Source: Candidatus Marinacidobacterales bacterium (lineage in GTDB: Bacteria; Acidobacteriota; Vicinamibacteria; Marinacidobacterales; SMYC01). From it: a stretch of DNA of 64,000 bases. Shown here piece after piece: positions 9,135 through 19,755 of the stretch (within the stretch, counting starts at the first letter, position 1; each line of letters starts with the position of its first letter). The notes beneath the pieces are model-generated. The model worked only from the letters and a program-made list of their open reading frames with translations. It ran no database searches and had not been told where the DNA came from. Location: the NCBI GenBank assembly GCA_965224085.1, contig CBDCYI010000004.1, forward strand, positions 416,001 through 480,000. Direction: 5' to 3'. Made by a program: the position numbers and the translations under genes.

Positions 9135-9987
9135 GTTTGAGCTCGTAAGCCTCTTTGCAGCCGGGGCCGCAGAAATAAACGGTGTCATCACCTTGGGAGA
9201 TCGTGTGGCGCGCGCCTTCGACGCCAACCATCATCCCACAAATCGGATCCTTGAACGCCTCTGGGGGCGGCGCCAACTCTTTGGGGCGAGCGCGACGCAC
9301 CGAAACGATCTCCGCGAGAATGCTGAGTGCTATCTCCTCGGGGGTAACCGCGCCGATGTCGAGCCCCGCGGGAAACTTCACATGCTCTGGGACGTCGAGA
9401 CTCGCGGCCCGCTTCTTGCTCGAGACGAGCGCCACGTAGCCGCTTTCAGTTTTCGCAACGGCTTCGAGTGCCTCCGCGTCATAGCTTCCGTGGCTCGCAA
9501 TCACCACAAAGGTCTCACCCGCTTCGGCTTCGCTCATGTCGATCCTCTCGGAAAAACTATCGGCGTCTGGAAACTGGTTGGGATGGCCTTCCGGCGTCAT
9601 GACCGAGACCCGAAACCCGAGCGGTTTCGCGAGACGCACCATCGCTTCGGCGGCGGGCAGATGACCGATGACAAGGAGATGGGGTTTGGGCAAGTAAGGC
9701 TCCAAGTAAATATCCAGCGTTCCTCCGCTGGCGCACGTTTCCGTCGACGCGAGATGGACGACAGTGGGCTCGCTCGATCGCAGCACGCGCCGCGCCTCGT
9801 ACTCTACCGCGGGGCGCGAGCAGCTCCCGCCAATCCAGCCAATCCAGTTTCCCTCGGCGGTAATAATGGCTTTCGCGCCGGGCTTAGCCGAAGTGGGCTT
9901 CTCGGCCCGAACGACCGTGGCAAGGACGAACGGCTCCCCGGCATTCCGAAGCCGGAGAGCCGTCTCCAAGATGTCCGGAGTGGTCAC
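9124..9987 (-). CDS. XdhC/CoxF-like Moco maturation factor with C-terminal YHS domain
   Basis: GWIGGSC, CASGGTLDIYLEP, PAGLDIGAVTPEEIALSILAEI, then KDPICGM...YFCGPGC; GTG start at 9987. Confidence 0.88.
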   Translation of the reverse strand: MTTPDILETALRLRNAGEPFVLATVVRAEKPTSAKPGAKAIITAEGNWIGWIGGSCSRPAVEYEARRVLRSSEPTVVHLASTETCASGGTLDIYLEPYLPKPHLLVIGHLPAAEAMVRLAKPLGFRVSVMTPEGHPNQFPDADSFSERIDMSEAEAGETFVVIASHGSYDAEALEAVAKTESGYVALVSSKKRAASLDVPEHVKFPAGLDIGAVTPEEIALSILAEIVSVRRARPKELAPPPEAFKDPICGMMVGVEGARHTISQGDDTVYFCGPGCKEAYELKHAD

Positions 9988-12338
9988 TCTTCGAGCGCCG
10001 CCCCTTTCTCTTTGAGTACCTGCCACACCCGGCTTGGCGTCATGGGGATCTCCATGTGCCGCACGCCGAGGTGCCACATCGCGTCGACGACCGCGTTCAC
10101 AATCGCCGGCGGTGCGCCCACGGTGGCCGACTCGCCGACACCCTTGGCGCCGATCGGGTGATGCGGCGACGGCGTCACCGTCTCGCCCGTCTCCCACGCG
10201 GGGGTCTCCATCGCGGTCGGGAGCAAGTAGTCCATGAACGTGCCGCCATGGATGTTCCCGTCCTCGTCATAGGAGATCTCTTCGAAAAGCGCGGGTGCCA
10301 TGCCCATCGTGAGACCGCCATGGACCTGCCCCTCGACGATCATCGGGTTGATGCGAACGCCGCAATCGTCCACGGCTACAAAACGGCGAATTTTGATCTG
10401 ACCGGTGCCGCGATCAATATCAACGACGCAAATGTAAGAGCCGAAAGGAAACGTCAAGTTCGGCGGATCGTAATAGCTGACCGCTTCGAACCCTGCTTCC
10501 ATCCCCGGCGGATGGTTCGTGTAGGCGGCGAAAGCGATTTCCTGGATCGTCTTGGAACGGTCGGGCGAGCCTTTGACGAAGAACTTGCCTTGCTCCCACT
10601 CGAGGTCGTCCTCGGACGCTTCGAGCAAATGCGCGGCGATCTTCTTCGCTTTGTCGCGGATCTTACGCGCCGCGATGGCCCCGGCCGCGCCCGCCGTCGG
10701 CGTGCTACGACTCGCATAGGTGCCGAGCCCGTAAGGCGCGGTGTCGGTGTCGCCTTCTTCGATCTGGATATGCTCCGGCGGAATACCGAGCTCTTCGGCG
10801 ATGATCTGCGCGTAAGTCGTCTCGTGGCCCTGGCCTTGCGACTTGGTGCCGAAGCGTGCCATAGCCTTCCCCGTGGGGTGGATGCGGATCTCGGCCGAGT
10901 CGAACATCTTGATCCCGAGGATGTCGAAATCCTTCGACGGTCCCGCGCCGACCACTTCCGTGAAGGACGAGATGCCGATCCCCATGAGCTCGCCGCGATC
11001 GCGTTTTTCCTTCTGCTCTTCGCGCAGCTTGCGGTAGTCGATCATCTCCATCGCCGTACGGAGGCCCTTCTCGTAATCCCCGCTGTCATATTCCCAACCG
11101 AGGATCGACTTGTAAGGAAACTGCTCGGGCTTGATAAAGTTCTTCAGCCGAAATTCGGCTGGATCCATATCGAGCTCGTGCGCCATGATGTCTGTCATGC
11201 GCTCTATGCAATGCACAGCTTCCGTCACACGGAACGAGCACCGATAGGCAATGCCTCCCGGCGGCTTGTTCGTATAGACCCCGTCGACCTCGACGTGGGC
11301 CTGTTTGAAGTCGTAAGAGCCGGTGGCGATATGGAACATCCCCGCCGGAAACTTGGACGGCTGCGCCGCCGCGTCGGTGTAGCCGTGATCCGCAATTGTT
11401 TTGATCTTGAGTCCCGTGAGCGTACCATCCTTCTTGGCGGAGATCGCGGCTTTCATGTGATAGTCACGGCCGAACGAATCGGCCTGCAAGTTCTCGGAGC
11501 GGTCCTCGATCCACTTGATGGGCTTTCCCGTCAGAACCGACGCCGCCACCGCGATGACGTAACCGGGATAGACCGGGACTTTACCGCCGAATCCCCCGCC
11601 GATATCCGGCGAGATCACACGTATCTTTTCCTCCGAGAGCCCGACATGTCCAGCCACGAGCGCCAAAACCGTACGGATGGCGTGCGGCGCCTGGGTCGTC
11701 ATGTAGAGCGTGAGCTTGCCTTCTACGGGATCGAAGCTGGCGACGCAGCCGCACGTCTCGATGGAGGCGACGTGGATGCGCGGGATGTGCATGTTCTCTT
11801 CGACGACGACATCGGACTTGTCGAAGAGCTTGTCGGTAGCGTCCTTGTCCCCACTCTCCCAGTGCCAAATAAGGTTGCTGTCTTTGTCGTCGCGCACTTT
11901 GGTGGCGCCGTCTTCGAGCGCTTTGAAGGGGTCGACGACGACCGGAAGAGGCTCATAGTCGATGTCGCCTTCGAGAGCCGCGACGCCGTCCGCCGCCGCG
12001 TAGCGACTCGTGGCCACGACCACCGCGACTTCCTGCGCCTGGTACTTCACCTTCTCGATGGGGAGCACCATTTGCTGGTCGCTCATGAGCGTCGGCATAA
12101 ACGCCAGCCCGTGAGCGTCGAGGTCCTTCCCGGTCACCACCGCCGCAACGCCGGGCGTGGCCAGCGCTTTTTCGGTGTTGATGCTCTTGATCTTCGCGTG
12201 CGCGTAAGGGCTTCGCACGATGTCGAGATAAAGCATCCCCGGAAGCTTGATGTCGTCGATGTAGCGTCCGCGCCCCTGGATGAATCGAGGATCTTCTTTC
12301 CGGCGAACGGAGTGTCCGAGTCCGCGACATTCAGTCAT
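9984..12338 (-). CDS. coxL: Aerobic CO dehydrogenase large subunit, form I
   Basis: AYRCSFR active-site motif, [22 protein letters not shown]. Confidence 0.96.
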   Translation of the reverse strand: MTECRGLGHSVRRKEDPRFIQGRGRYIDDIKLPGMLYLDIVRSPYAHAKIKSINTEKALATPGVAAVVTGKDLDAHGLAFMPTLMSDQQMVLPIEKVKYQAQEVAVVVATSRYAAADGVAALEGDIDYEPLPVVVDPFKALEDGATKVRDDKDSNLIWHWESGDKDATDKLFDKSDVVVEENMHIPRIHVASIETCGCVASFDPVEGKLTLYMTTQAPHAIRTVLALVAGHVGLSEEKIRVISPDIGGGFGGKVPVYPGYVIAVAASVLTGKPIKWIEDRSENLQADSFGRDYHMKAAISAKKDGTLTGLKIKTIADHGYTDAAAQPSKFPAGMFHIATGSYDFKQAHVEVDGVYTNKPPGGIAYRCSFRVTEAVHCIERMTDIMAHELDMDPAEFRLKNFIKPEQFPYKSILGWEYDSGDYEKGLRTAMEMIDYRKLREEQKEKRDRGELMGIGISSFTEVVGAGPSKDFDILGIKMFDSAEIRIHPTGKAMARFGTKSQGQGHETTYAQIIAEELGIPPEHIQIEEGDTDTAPYGLGTYASRSTPTAGAAGAIAARKIRDKAKKIAAHLLEASEDDLEWEQGKFFVKGSPDRSKTIQEIAFAAYTNHPPGMEAGFEAVSYYDPPNLTFPFGSYICVVDIDRGTGQIKIRRFVAVDDCGVRINPMIVEGQVHGGLTMGMAPALFEEISYDEDGNIHGGTFMDYLLPTAMETPAWETGETVTPSPHHPIGAKGVGESATVGAPPAIVNAVVDAMWHLGVRHMEIPMTPSRVWQVLKEKGAALEE

Positions 12339-12819
12339 TGGAACCTCCCTCCTCCATCTTCTGGGCGGCGTACTGCACCGCCTTCACGATATTCACATAG
12401 CCCGTGCATCGGCAAAGATTCCCCGAAATCCCCCAGCGAATGTCCTCTTCGCTCGGGTTGGGGTTGTCTTTCAGAAGCGCCGACGTCGTCATCATCATGC
12501 CCGGCGTGCAATAGCCGCATTGGAGGCCGTGCTTTTCTGTGAAGCCTTCCTGAATCGGATGGAGGGTGCCATTCGTCACAAGCCCCTCGACGGTCGCGAT
12601 TTCGGCGCCGTTGGCTTGAACCGCGAACATCGTGCAGCTCTTCACCGGTCGCCCGTTCAACAAGATCGTGCAGGCGCCGCAAGACGTGGTGTCGCAGCCG
12701 ATATGGGTTCCGGTGAGCTCGAGCTCTTCCCGGATGAGATGGACGAGCAGCATGCGGGCTTCGACATCCTGCGTGTGCTCCTCGCCGTTGACCTTCAAAG
12801 TGATCGAATGGGTGCTCAT
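12331..12819 (-). CDS. coxS: CO dehydrogenase small (2Fe-2S) subunit
   Basis: [27 protein letters not shown]. Confidence 0.95.
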   Translation of the reverse strand: MSTHSITLKVNGEEHTQDVEARMLLVHLIREELELTGTHIGCDTTSCGACTILLNGRPVKSCTMFAVQANGAEIATVEGLVTNGTLHPIQEGFTEKHGLQCGYCTPGMMMTTSALLKDNPNPSEEDIRWGISGNLCRCTGYVNIVKAVQYAAQKMEEGGSND

Positions 12820-13691
12820 ACGCCACCTCCCTCTGCCCTTTCGTGGGCCTTTCGGAGCCCGCGCGCGGTAAACGTCCGTACGAGGTGACGTTTGTAGTCC
12901 TCCGAGCCGCGATGATCTTCGATGGGCTCCGCGGCTTCCGAAGCCAATCGAGCCGCTTGTTTGATCGAAGCATCGTTGAGCGCGCTGCCGGTCAGCGAGT
13001 CCTCGGCGGCCGTCGCCTTGATTGGGGTGAGCCCAACATTCGTGAGCCCAATACCGGCACGGGCGATCTGGCCGTCCCCGTTGAGTGCAAGCTGCACCGC
13101 GACCGCCGCCGTGGCGAAATCGCCGACTTTGCGCTCCAGCTTGAAATAGGCTCCCCCGCTCTTGTCTACGGCGCGCGGGATGCGGATGGCCGTCAAGATC
13201 TCGTCATGGCTCAACGACGTTTCGAAAGCGTCCACGAAAAAGTCGCCAATGGCGATGGAGCGCTCTCCGTTCGGGCCGGTCGCAACGATTTCAGCCCCAT
13301 AGGCCAACATGGTGGCCGGGTGATCGTTGGCCGGGTCGGCGTGCGCGATGTTCCCGCCCAGCGTCGCAAGGTTCCGGACGAGCGGGTCGGCGACTACGCG
13401 CGCGGTATCGGCGAGCAACGGATAGCTCTTCTGGACGAGATCCGAACTGTCCACTTCTGATTCCCGCGTCATGGCACCAATCTCGAGCCAATCGCCGTCT
13501 TCCTTGATGTAGGACAGGCCTTCGAGCTTATTGATGTCGACCAGCAAGGCGGGCGTCGCCAAGCGAAATCGCATCATCGGGATCAAGCTGTGCCCGCCGG
13601 CGAGAATTTTCGCCTCCGGGTTCTGCCCCAGGAGCGAAACGGCCTCCGCGACCGTTTTGGGACAGGCATAGTCGAAACTGGCAGGTATCAC
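12816..13691 (-). CDS. coxM: CO dehydrogenase medium (FAD) subunit
   Basis: GTG start at 13691 (IPASFDY), [28 protein letters not shown]. Confidence 0.93.
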   Translation of the reverse strand: MIPASFDYACPKTVAEAVSLLGQNPEAKILAGGHSLIPMMRFRLATPALLVDINKLEGLSYIKEDGDWLEIGAMTRESEVDSSDLVQKSYPLLADTARVVADPLVRNLATLGGNIAHADPANDHPATMLAYGAEIVATGPNGERSIAIGDFFVDAFETSLSHDEILTAIRIPRAVDKSGGAYFKLERKVGDFATAAVAVQLALNGDGQIARAGIGLTNVGLTPIKATAAEDSLTGSALNDASIKQAARLASEAAEPIEDHRGSEDYKRHLVRTFTARGLRKAHERAEGGGV

Positions 13692-13809
13692 GGCAATCCT
13701 CCTTCCGGCTGAAAGGCTCCGAGTGTAAGCGCGGCCAGCAGATATGTCCATCGCGCTCGTGACACGAGTCTTATAACACAGGCCGGGGAAGATCCACCGG
13801 CGTGCTAGG

Positions 13810-16014
13810 ATGAAAAGACTCGATTTCATGCCGCGCACCGCTACCCTTCTTCTTGCCGTTTCGACAAGCCTCGGGATCGCCGACACCCAGGAAGAGCGCC
13901 TGCGTCCCTCGGTGCCAGCGGTACGACTCGCGGAGGGCGAGGAGGTCGAGCTCGACGGCCAGCTCGATGAGCCTTTCTGGAAAAACATCACGCCCGCGGA
14001 CAGCTTCCGGCAGCAAGAGCCCGACGAAGGCGCCCCCGCGTACCAGACCACCGAAGTCCGCATCGCATTCGATCGCGACCATCTCTACCTCGGCGTGATG
14101 CTCTACGATAGCGAGCCCGGTCAAATCATCGGTTATCAGAAACAACGCGACGGCTCGCTGCGAAGCGACGACCGCTTCATGTTCATCCTCGACACGTTTC
14201 TCAACGGCCGCTCCGCTTATTTCTTCGAGACGAACCCGGCGGGGCTTCTCGGCGACGGGCTTCTGCGCGACAGCAGCGGTCGCGGGCTGAACAAATCCTG
14301 GGACGGCATATGGAACGTGCGCGTTGCGCGCGACGATCGCGGATGGTCCGCCGAGATCGAGATCCCCTTCCGCACGCTCAACTTCAATCCACGGAGCGAT
14401 ACGTGGGGGATCGATTTCCAGCGCACCGTGCGGCGCAATCAAGAAGAGAGTCTGTGGAGCGGCTACCGCCTCAACGAAGGCTTGTTCCGTCCAGTGAACG
14501 CGGGGCGGCTCACCGGCCTCCAGGATATTTCACAAGGGCTCGGACTCGAAGTGAAACCCTACGCAGCCGCGTCCTATAAGGAGGATATCGAGACCGGCTC
14601 CGGCACCCCCACCGATGTGGGCTTCGACGTGAACTATAGCGTCACACCCGGCTTGCGCGCTGCCGTCACTTTCAACACCGATTTCGCCGAAGTCGACGTA
14701 GACGACCGTCAAGTCAATCTCACGCGTTTTCCGCTCGTCTTTCCCGAAAAACGCGACTTTTTTCTCGAGGGGTCGAGCATCTTCACCTTCGCCCGCTCGA
14801 GCCGCCCGGAGCCCTACTTCAGCCGCCGGATCGGCCTGTCCGGCGGCAATCCGATCCCAATCGTTTACGGCGCGCGTTTGAGCGGACAGTCGGGGCGCTA
14901 CGACATGGCGTTTCTCCAGGTCCGGACAGGAGAGAGCGACGAGCTCGCCGCCGAAGATTTTACCGTCGCTCGCCTGAAGCGAAATTTCTTCGCTCAATCG
15001 AGCCTCGGGATGATCTATACGCGACGTGCGACGCAAGCGACCGAGGCGGAGCCAGCGCTCGAAGATCGCCATACCTTCGGCGTCGATGTCGACCTCGCCA
15101 CGGCCACCTTCATGGGAGACAAGAATCTCCAATTCGAGGCCTTCGCCATTGTCCATACCGATCCCGTCGCAGAGCCGACGACAGAGCATCGCGATCGCTC
15201 CTCCTGGGGACTGAGGGTGAACTACCCGAACGATCTCTGGCGCGTCCATACGTCCTACCGTGAGTTCGGTAACGCCTACGATCCCGCGGTCGGCTTCGTC
15301 CGGCGGAACGGTTTTCGCCGGTTGAATCCTTCCTTCACGTTCGCGCCCCGTCCGGAAAACGTTTCGTGGGTCCGGCAGTTCGAATGGCAAATCTTCTTCG
15401 AATATCTGACCGATCTCGATAACGTGCTGCTCACCCGGAGCACGCGCCTGAGCTTGCTCGATATCCGCTTCGAAAGCGGGGACGAGCTCAGCATCGACGC
15501 CCAAAACCGCTTCGAGTTTCTCGACGAGCCGTTCGAGATCCACCCAGGGGTCGTGTTGCCGGTAGGCGAACATGCGTTCAACGGTGTTCGCTTCCAGGTG
15601 GAATCAGCGTCACAGCGCAAGGTGGCGGCCGAGGTCGCGCTAACTTTAGGTCAATTTTGGTCGGGCGATCGCACGGGTGTCGAAACCGAAGTCACTTTAC
15701 GCCCCACCTCCGGCTTGCTCTTCTCAACGGAGTGGGAGCGCAACGACGTCACTCTGCCCGGGGGAGAGTTCGTAACCAATCTCGTCCAGCAAAGAGCCGA
15801 GTGGCAAGTGAGCCCCTGGATCTCGCTGACCTCGATCGTTCAGTACGACGACGTTTCGAGCGAGCTGGGTCTGTTTACCCGATTCCGCTGGATTCTGCAG
15901 CCCGGAAACGATCTCTTCATCGTGTACTCACAGAACTGGCAGAGCCTCGAGAACCGCTGGCTCACACTCGACCGCGCGGCAACGACGAAGATAAATTACA
16001 CCCACCGTTTTTAG
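13810..16014 (+). CDS. CBM9-like/DUF5916 outer-membrane protein
   Basis: Signal peptide, DGQLDEPFW, WSAEIEIPFRTL, NTDFAEVDVD, FPEKRDFFLEG, terminal Phe. Confidence 0.85.
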   Translation: MKRLDFMPRTATLLLAVSTSLGIADTQEERLRPSVPAVRLAEGEEVELDGQLDEPFWKNITPADSFRQQEPDEGAPAYQTTEVRIAFDRDHLYLGVMLYDSEPGQIIGYQKQRDGSLRSDDRFMFILDTFLNGRSAYFFETNPAGLLGDGLLRDSSGRGLNKSWDGIWNVRVARDDRGWSAEIEIPFRTLNFNPRSDTWGIDFQRTVRRNQEESLWSGYRLNEGLFRPVNAGRLTGLQDISQGLGLEVKPYAAASYKEDIETGSGTPTDVGFDVNYSVTPGLRAAVTFNTDFAEVDVDDRQVNLTRFPLVFPEKRDFFLEGSSIFTFARSSRPEPYFSRRIGLSGGNPIPIVYGARLSGQSGRYDMAFLQVRTGESDELAAEDFTVARLKRNFFAQSSLGMIYTRRATQATEAEPALEDRHTFGVDVDLATATFMGDKNLQFEAFAIVHTDPVAEPTTEHRDRSSWGLRVNYPNDLWRVHTSYREFGNAYDPAVGFVRRNGFRRLNPSFTFAPRPENVSWVRQFEWQIFFEYLTDLDNVLLTRSTRLSLLDIRFESGDELSIDAQNRFEFLDEPFEIHPGVVLPVGEHAFNGVRFQVESASQRKVAAEVALTLGQFWSGDRTGVETEVTLRPTSGLLFSTEWERNDVTLPGGEFVTNLVQQRAEWQVSPWISLTSIVQYDDVSSELGLFTRFRWILQPGNDLFIVYSQNWQSLENRWLTLDRAATTKINYTHRF

Positions 16015-16142
16015 CCTGAACATTCAGCATTCAGCATTCAGGCATAGTCGGCTAGGGCGACGGCTTGGCTTTATTTCGGCCGGTTTCTTGGTGATCAGGA
16101 ACCGTTTGCCAACAGGAGCAGGGTCGATCTGCATCGGTATCA

Positions 16143-16496
16143 TCAAAGGTTCAGGAAACGGATGGAATAGCTGAAGGGCTCTTCTTCGACCGCAAGCTAT
16201 TCGAACTTGTCCACGAAGGTGCCGATGCTCACTTGGTCTTGATGCTTTTTCTCCCATTAGACTATCCGAAAGGACCGGTTTTCCCGGAGCCAGCTCGCGG
16301 CCAAGACCAGTAGGTCCTCGTCGGTCGTAACGAATACGAGATTTTCATTGGCGGCATTCGAAGAGCACATCGTCGTTTTCATCTTGAGGGAACTTGTCTA
16401 CCGCTCGCTCTGCCTGGAAGCCTCGCTGGCGGAGTCCTCGGACGATACGCCACGCCCATCGACGTTGGCGTCCGTAAACAGAGAGAAACGAGGCAC
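16143..16496 (-). pseudogene. DUF5615 PIN-like toxin, frameshifted
   Basis: Manual reading across frames: FTDANVD...RGLRQRG...DDVLF...VFVTTDEDLL; directly downstream of DUF433. Confidence 0.65.
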
Positions 16497-16871
16497 CTAG
16501 GCCTTGCGGGAGACGTCCACAGGCCGCGCGATATGGCGATCTTCCGGGGTTGGTTCTGCCGGTGCGTGTCCTCCGTGGCGGTCCACATATTCTTGCCACT
16601 GACGTTCGAGCTTTTCCGTCGTGCCTTTCTTCTCTTGACTCGCCGCGTCGATCTCGTCTTTGCGATCGTGATAGTAGGACAAGGCCGCGTAGACTTGAGC
16701 CAAATTGAGCTGCGGAAACTCTTCTTGGATTCGCTCGACAGCATAGCCACGATGGAAGTAAAACACGATGTCTTCGACCGCTACACGCGTTGTCTCGGGG
16801 CAAGGTTTTCCACATCGGATCTTCGCTTTCGTCGTGATGTGTGAGTAGACCGAGCTCGTTGTGGTCGCCAT
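16497..16871 (-). CDS. DUF433 antitoxin
   Basis: HITT...GKPC...TRVAVEDIV...EEFPQLNLAQVYAALSYY. Confidence 0.85.
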   Translation of the reverse strand: MATTTSSVYSHITTKAKIRCGKPCPETTRVAVEDIVFYFHRGYAVERIQEEFPQLNLAQVYAALSYYHDRKDEIDAASQEKKGTTEKLERQWQEYVDRHGGHAPAEPTPEDRHIARPVDVSRKA

Positions 16872-16984
16872 AACACTCTATACCTTGCTCCTGCGAACGA
16901 CGGCTTACTCGGCGGACCGACCCCCGTCGCGGGTGCCGCCAGCGCGAATTGCCCGCACTTTGCTGACCGGGTACTATTCCGCCG

Positions 16985-17093
16985 ATGCTGGGCCAGACGC
17001 TCGCTCACTACAAGGTTCTGGAGAAAATCGGCCAAGGTGGGATGGGAGGAAGATCTCGGCGACATCTGGGTCATGGATATCGTCCAAGAGTAG
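16985..17093 (+). pseudogene. Ser/Thr kinase-PD40 gene collapsed by an internal deletion
   Basis: MLGQTLAHYKVLEKIGQGGMG fused to WEEDLGDIWVMDIVQE*, which matches the C-terminus of the paralogue ending at 24939. Confidence 0.8.
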
Positions 17094-17154
17094 AAGCGAA
17101 CGAGCCCGCCCACTTGGCGCCGTTGTTCGACAAAGAGAGAAGGAGTTGTCACAC

Positions 17155-17766
17155 ATGTCCACAGAAACCCGCCGGAGCTTTCTCCGCAGCAAGTGTTTGG
17201 CGACGGCCGGTGCCGCCAGCAGTGCCATTCTTGCGATCGTGTCTGGAAGGACTCCGGTCACCCAAGCTTCAGAAACGGCCGGCCACGGGACGACGCAAAG
17301 CACGAGCCCCGAGCAACGATTGCGCGAGCTCGGCATCGAACTGCCACCGCCGCCGCGACCGGTAGGCGTCTACGTGCCAGCTGTACGCACCGGCAATATA
17401 TTGTTCACCGCCGGCCACACGCCGCGCGGACCGGACGGGTCGCCTCTGGTCGGCAAAGTCGGCGTCGACATGACGGTGGAGGACGCCCACGCGGCCGCGC
17501 GCATCGCCGGCTTGAACTTGTTGAGCACCGTACGCAACACTTTGGGCAGCCTCGACGACGTGGTACAGCTCGTGAAAGTGCTCGGCATGGTCAACTGCGC
17601 GCCCGACTTCGGGCAGCAACCGCAGGTGGTAAACGGCTTCAGTGAGCTCCTCGTGGAGGTTTTCGGCGAGGAGAGGGGTAGAGGCGGACGGGCCGCTGTC
17701 GGTATGGCTTCGCTCCCTGCAAACCAACCCGTAGAGGTCGAAGCCATCTTCGAAGTGCGCAGCTAG
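17155..17766 (+). CDS. RidA/YjgF family protein with twin-arginine-like leader
   Basis: [10 protein letters not shown] plus hydrophobic stretch; [33 protein letters not shown]. Confidence 0.88.
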   Translation: MSTETRRSFLRSKCLATAGAASSAILAIVSGRTPVTQASETAGHGTTQSTSPEQRLRELGIELPPPPRPVGVYVPAVRTGNILFTAGHTPRGPDGSPLVGKVGVDMTVEDAHAAARIAGLNLLSTVRNTLGSLDDVVQLVKVLGMVNCAPDFGQQPQVVNGFSELLVEVFGEERGRGGRAAVGMASLPANQPVEVEAIFEVRS

Positions 17767-17992
17767 TCGGACCATCCACTGACCAGGACCGGTACGCCTC
17801 CCGGGCCGTTCCTTGGACTGGAATCCCCTGATCGGAGAGCACCTCTGCTTGCGGCGCGAACATGCACACCGCGGCTTCGTCGATCTTGCGCGTGAACGCG
17901 ATCCACTCCTCGACGGCGCGGTCGGGGTCCTCGTCGCGCAAATCGCGCGGGGTCAGCTCCTGCAGAGCAGCCGTCAGGACGCCGATCTTCAT
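17763..17992 (-). pseudogene. Sugar phosphate isomerase/epimerase remnant (N- and C-terminal stubs)
   Basis: [16 protein letters not shown]... start, far too short for the family. Confidence 0.5.
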
Positions 17993-18051
17993 GAATTGCG
18001 GCTCGAACGATCGTGGCATTACATGCCTCCAGGTTGTGTTGGCGGGCTAAA

Positions 18052-18592
18052 GTGAACAACCACCGCCTAGAAGGCGGTGGCTTCAAGGGCTGTCAATTGG
18101 AAATTGACTGTCGTCGTGAAGAGGCTCGCCATCCTGGGAGTCTATGTACTCCTTTACCATCTCGTCCGTTATGCTTCCTGAACTCACCGCCAGATATCCT
18201 CGGGCCCAGAAGTGCCGGCCCCAAAACTTCTTCCTCAGGTGAGCAAACTCCTGAAGGAGTACTCGGGAGCTTATTCCTTTTAGCCACTGCACGATCGTAC
18301 TCAAGGTCCTGGTGTGGTCGGTAGGATACGAACACGTGGACGTGGTCGCGTGCAACCTTACCCGAGATTATGTGCAGCTCATGTTCCATCGCAATCTGAC
18401 GAATCAGATCGCGCACACGAACCGCTACTGGACCGATCAAAACCTTTTTACGATATTTCGGTATCCAAACGATGTGCGCTTTTAGGTCCGTTTTTGTGTG
18501 CGCTCCGTGCCTGTAGTGACGCACGCGACCACAATACCACGATCTTCTCTTCGCCTAAAGGCGAGGGGTTTCGACCATCCCCGGAAGAGACA
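18052..18592 (-). mobile_element. tnpA: IS200/IS605 family IS (tnpA only), copy 1; tnpA frameshifted
   Basis: Near-identical to copy 2, with an extra A at ~18304; left end follows TTAG, right end terminates in TCAC; subterminal hairpins at both ends. Confidence 0.93.
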
Positions 18593-18687
18593 CTAACCTT
18601 CGGTCGGAGGTGCGTCAAGGCCCGGCTTCGTTCCACACATGGGCAACGTCATGCGATAGGCTCCCAACCGACGAAAGGACGTAACCT

Positions 18688-19755
18688 ATGCGGCTTGCCA
18701 GCATGATCCACGCAATCGATCTCCACTGCTGTGGAGAGCCAGGCCGGGTCATCGTGGGCGGCGTACGCGATGTTCCCGGCAACACGATGTTCGAGAAAAA
18801 GAACTATCTGGAGACGAAAGGCGACGACCTCCGCAAACGGATGCTTCGCGAACCGCGCGGATTCCCCGCGGCGAACTGCAACCTGATCCTGCCGCCTACT
18901 TTGCCTGAAGCTGACGCGGGCTACGTCATCATGGAACAGACCGAGTACCCGCCGATGTCGGGAACGAACACGATTTGCGTCACGACAGCACTCATCGAGA
19001 CCGGCATGGTGCCGGTAGAAGAGCCAATCACCAAATTGCTACTGGAATCACCCGCGGGTCCGATCTCGGTGACTGCGGAAGTTCACAACAGCAAGGTCAA
19101 GCGCGTGACGTTCGAGAACCAGCCGGCATTCGCCGTACACCTGGACGCCCCGCTCGAAGTGCCCGAGCTGGGTACGGTAACGGTCGATGTTTCCTACGGA
19201 GGCATGTTTTATGTCATCGCCGATGGAACACAGTTCGGGCTGCGAATGACTGCAGACGAAGGCCGCGACATCGTTCGCATCGGCGAGATGATCAAGGCGG
19301 CGGCCGCGGAGACGTTTCCCGTCGCACATCCTGACAACCCCGAGATTCGTGGCATCACCATCGCCCAGCTTTCCGGACCGCCAATGAACCCCGCCGCCAC
19401 GGCCAAAAACGCCGTGATCGTCTCGACCGGCGTCCTCGACTGGGACAAACCCTCGTCCTGGACAGGGGCGCTCGATCGTTCGCCTTGCGGCACCGGTACT
19501 TGCGCCAAGATGGCGGCCTTGCACGCCAAGGGGTTGCTGCCCTTGAACGAGGATTTCCATCACGAGGGCCCCCTGGGCACGCTGTTTACCGGCAGATTGA
19601 TGCGGGAGACGAAGGTCGGAGATTACGACGCCGTGGTCGCCACTTTGCGCGGCCAGGCGTGGATCACAGGGTTCGCCCAATACGTCGTCGATCCGGAAGA
19701 CCCGTTCCCCAACGGATTCACCGTCGGGGACATTTGGGGATCGCAGCAGAAGTGA
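18688..19755 (+). CDS. Proline racemase/hydroxyproline epimerase family protein
   Basis: HCCGEPGR, MLREPRG, PPMSGTN, DRSPCGTGT. Confidence 0.92.
   Translation: MRLASMIHAIDLHCCGEPGRVIVGGVRDVPGNTMFEKKNYLETKGDDLRKRMLREPRGFPAANCNLILPPTLPEADAGYVIMEQTEYPPMSGTNTICVTTALIETGMVPVEEPITKLLLESPAGPISVTAEVHNSKVKRVTFENQPAFAVHLDAPLEVPELGTVTVDVSYGGMFYVIADGTQFGLRMTADEGRDIVRIGEMIKAAAAETFPVAHPDNPEIRGITIAQLSGPPMNPAATAKNAVIVSTGVLDWDKPSSWTGALDRSPCGTGTCAKMAALHAKGLLPLNEDFHHEGPLGTLFTGRLMRETKVGDYDAVVATLRGQAWITGFAQYVVDPEDPFPNGFTVGDIWGSQQK

Noticed and set aside
10056-12542. 828-aa plus-strand ORF
   Set aside because: Antisense shadow of coxL/coxS, typical of high-GC DNA; no motifs
16021-16041. (CATTCAG)x3 tandem repeat
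   Set aside because: Only three units; too short to assign a function
18290-18310. Programmed frameshift in tnpA copy 1
   Set aside because: Single extra A relative to copy 2 with no slippery heptamer; mutation or sequencing error is more likely
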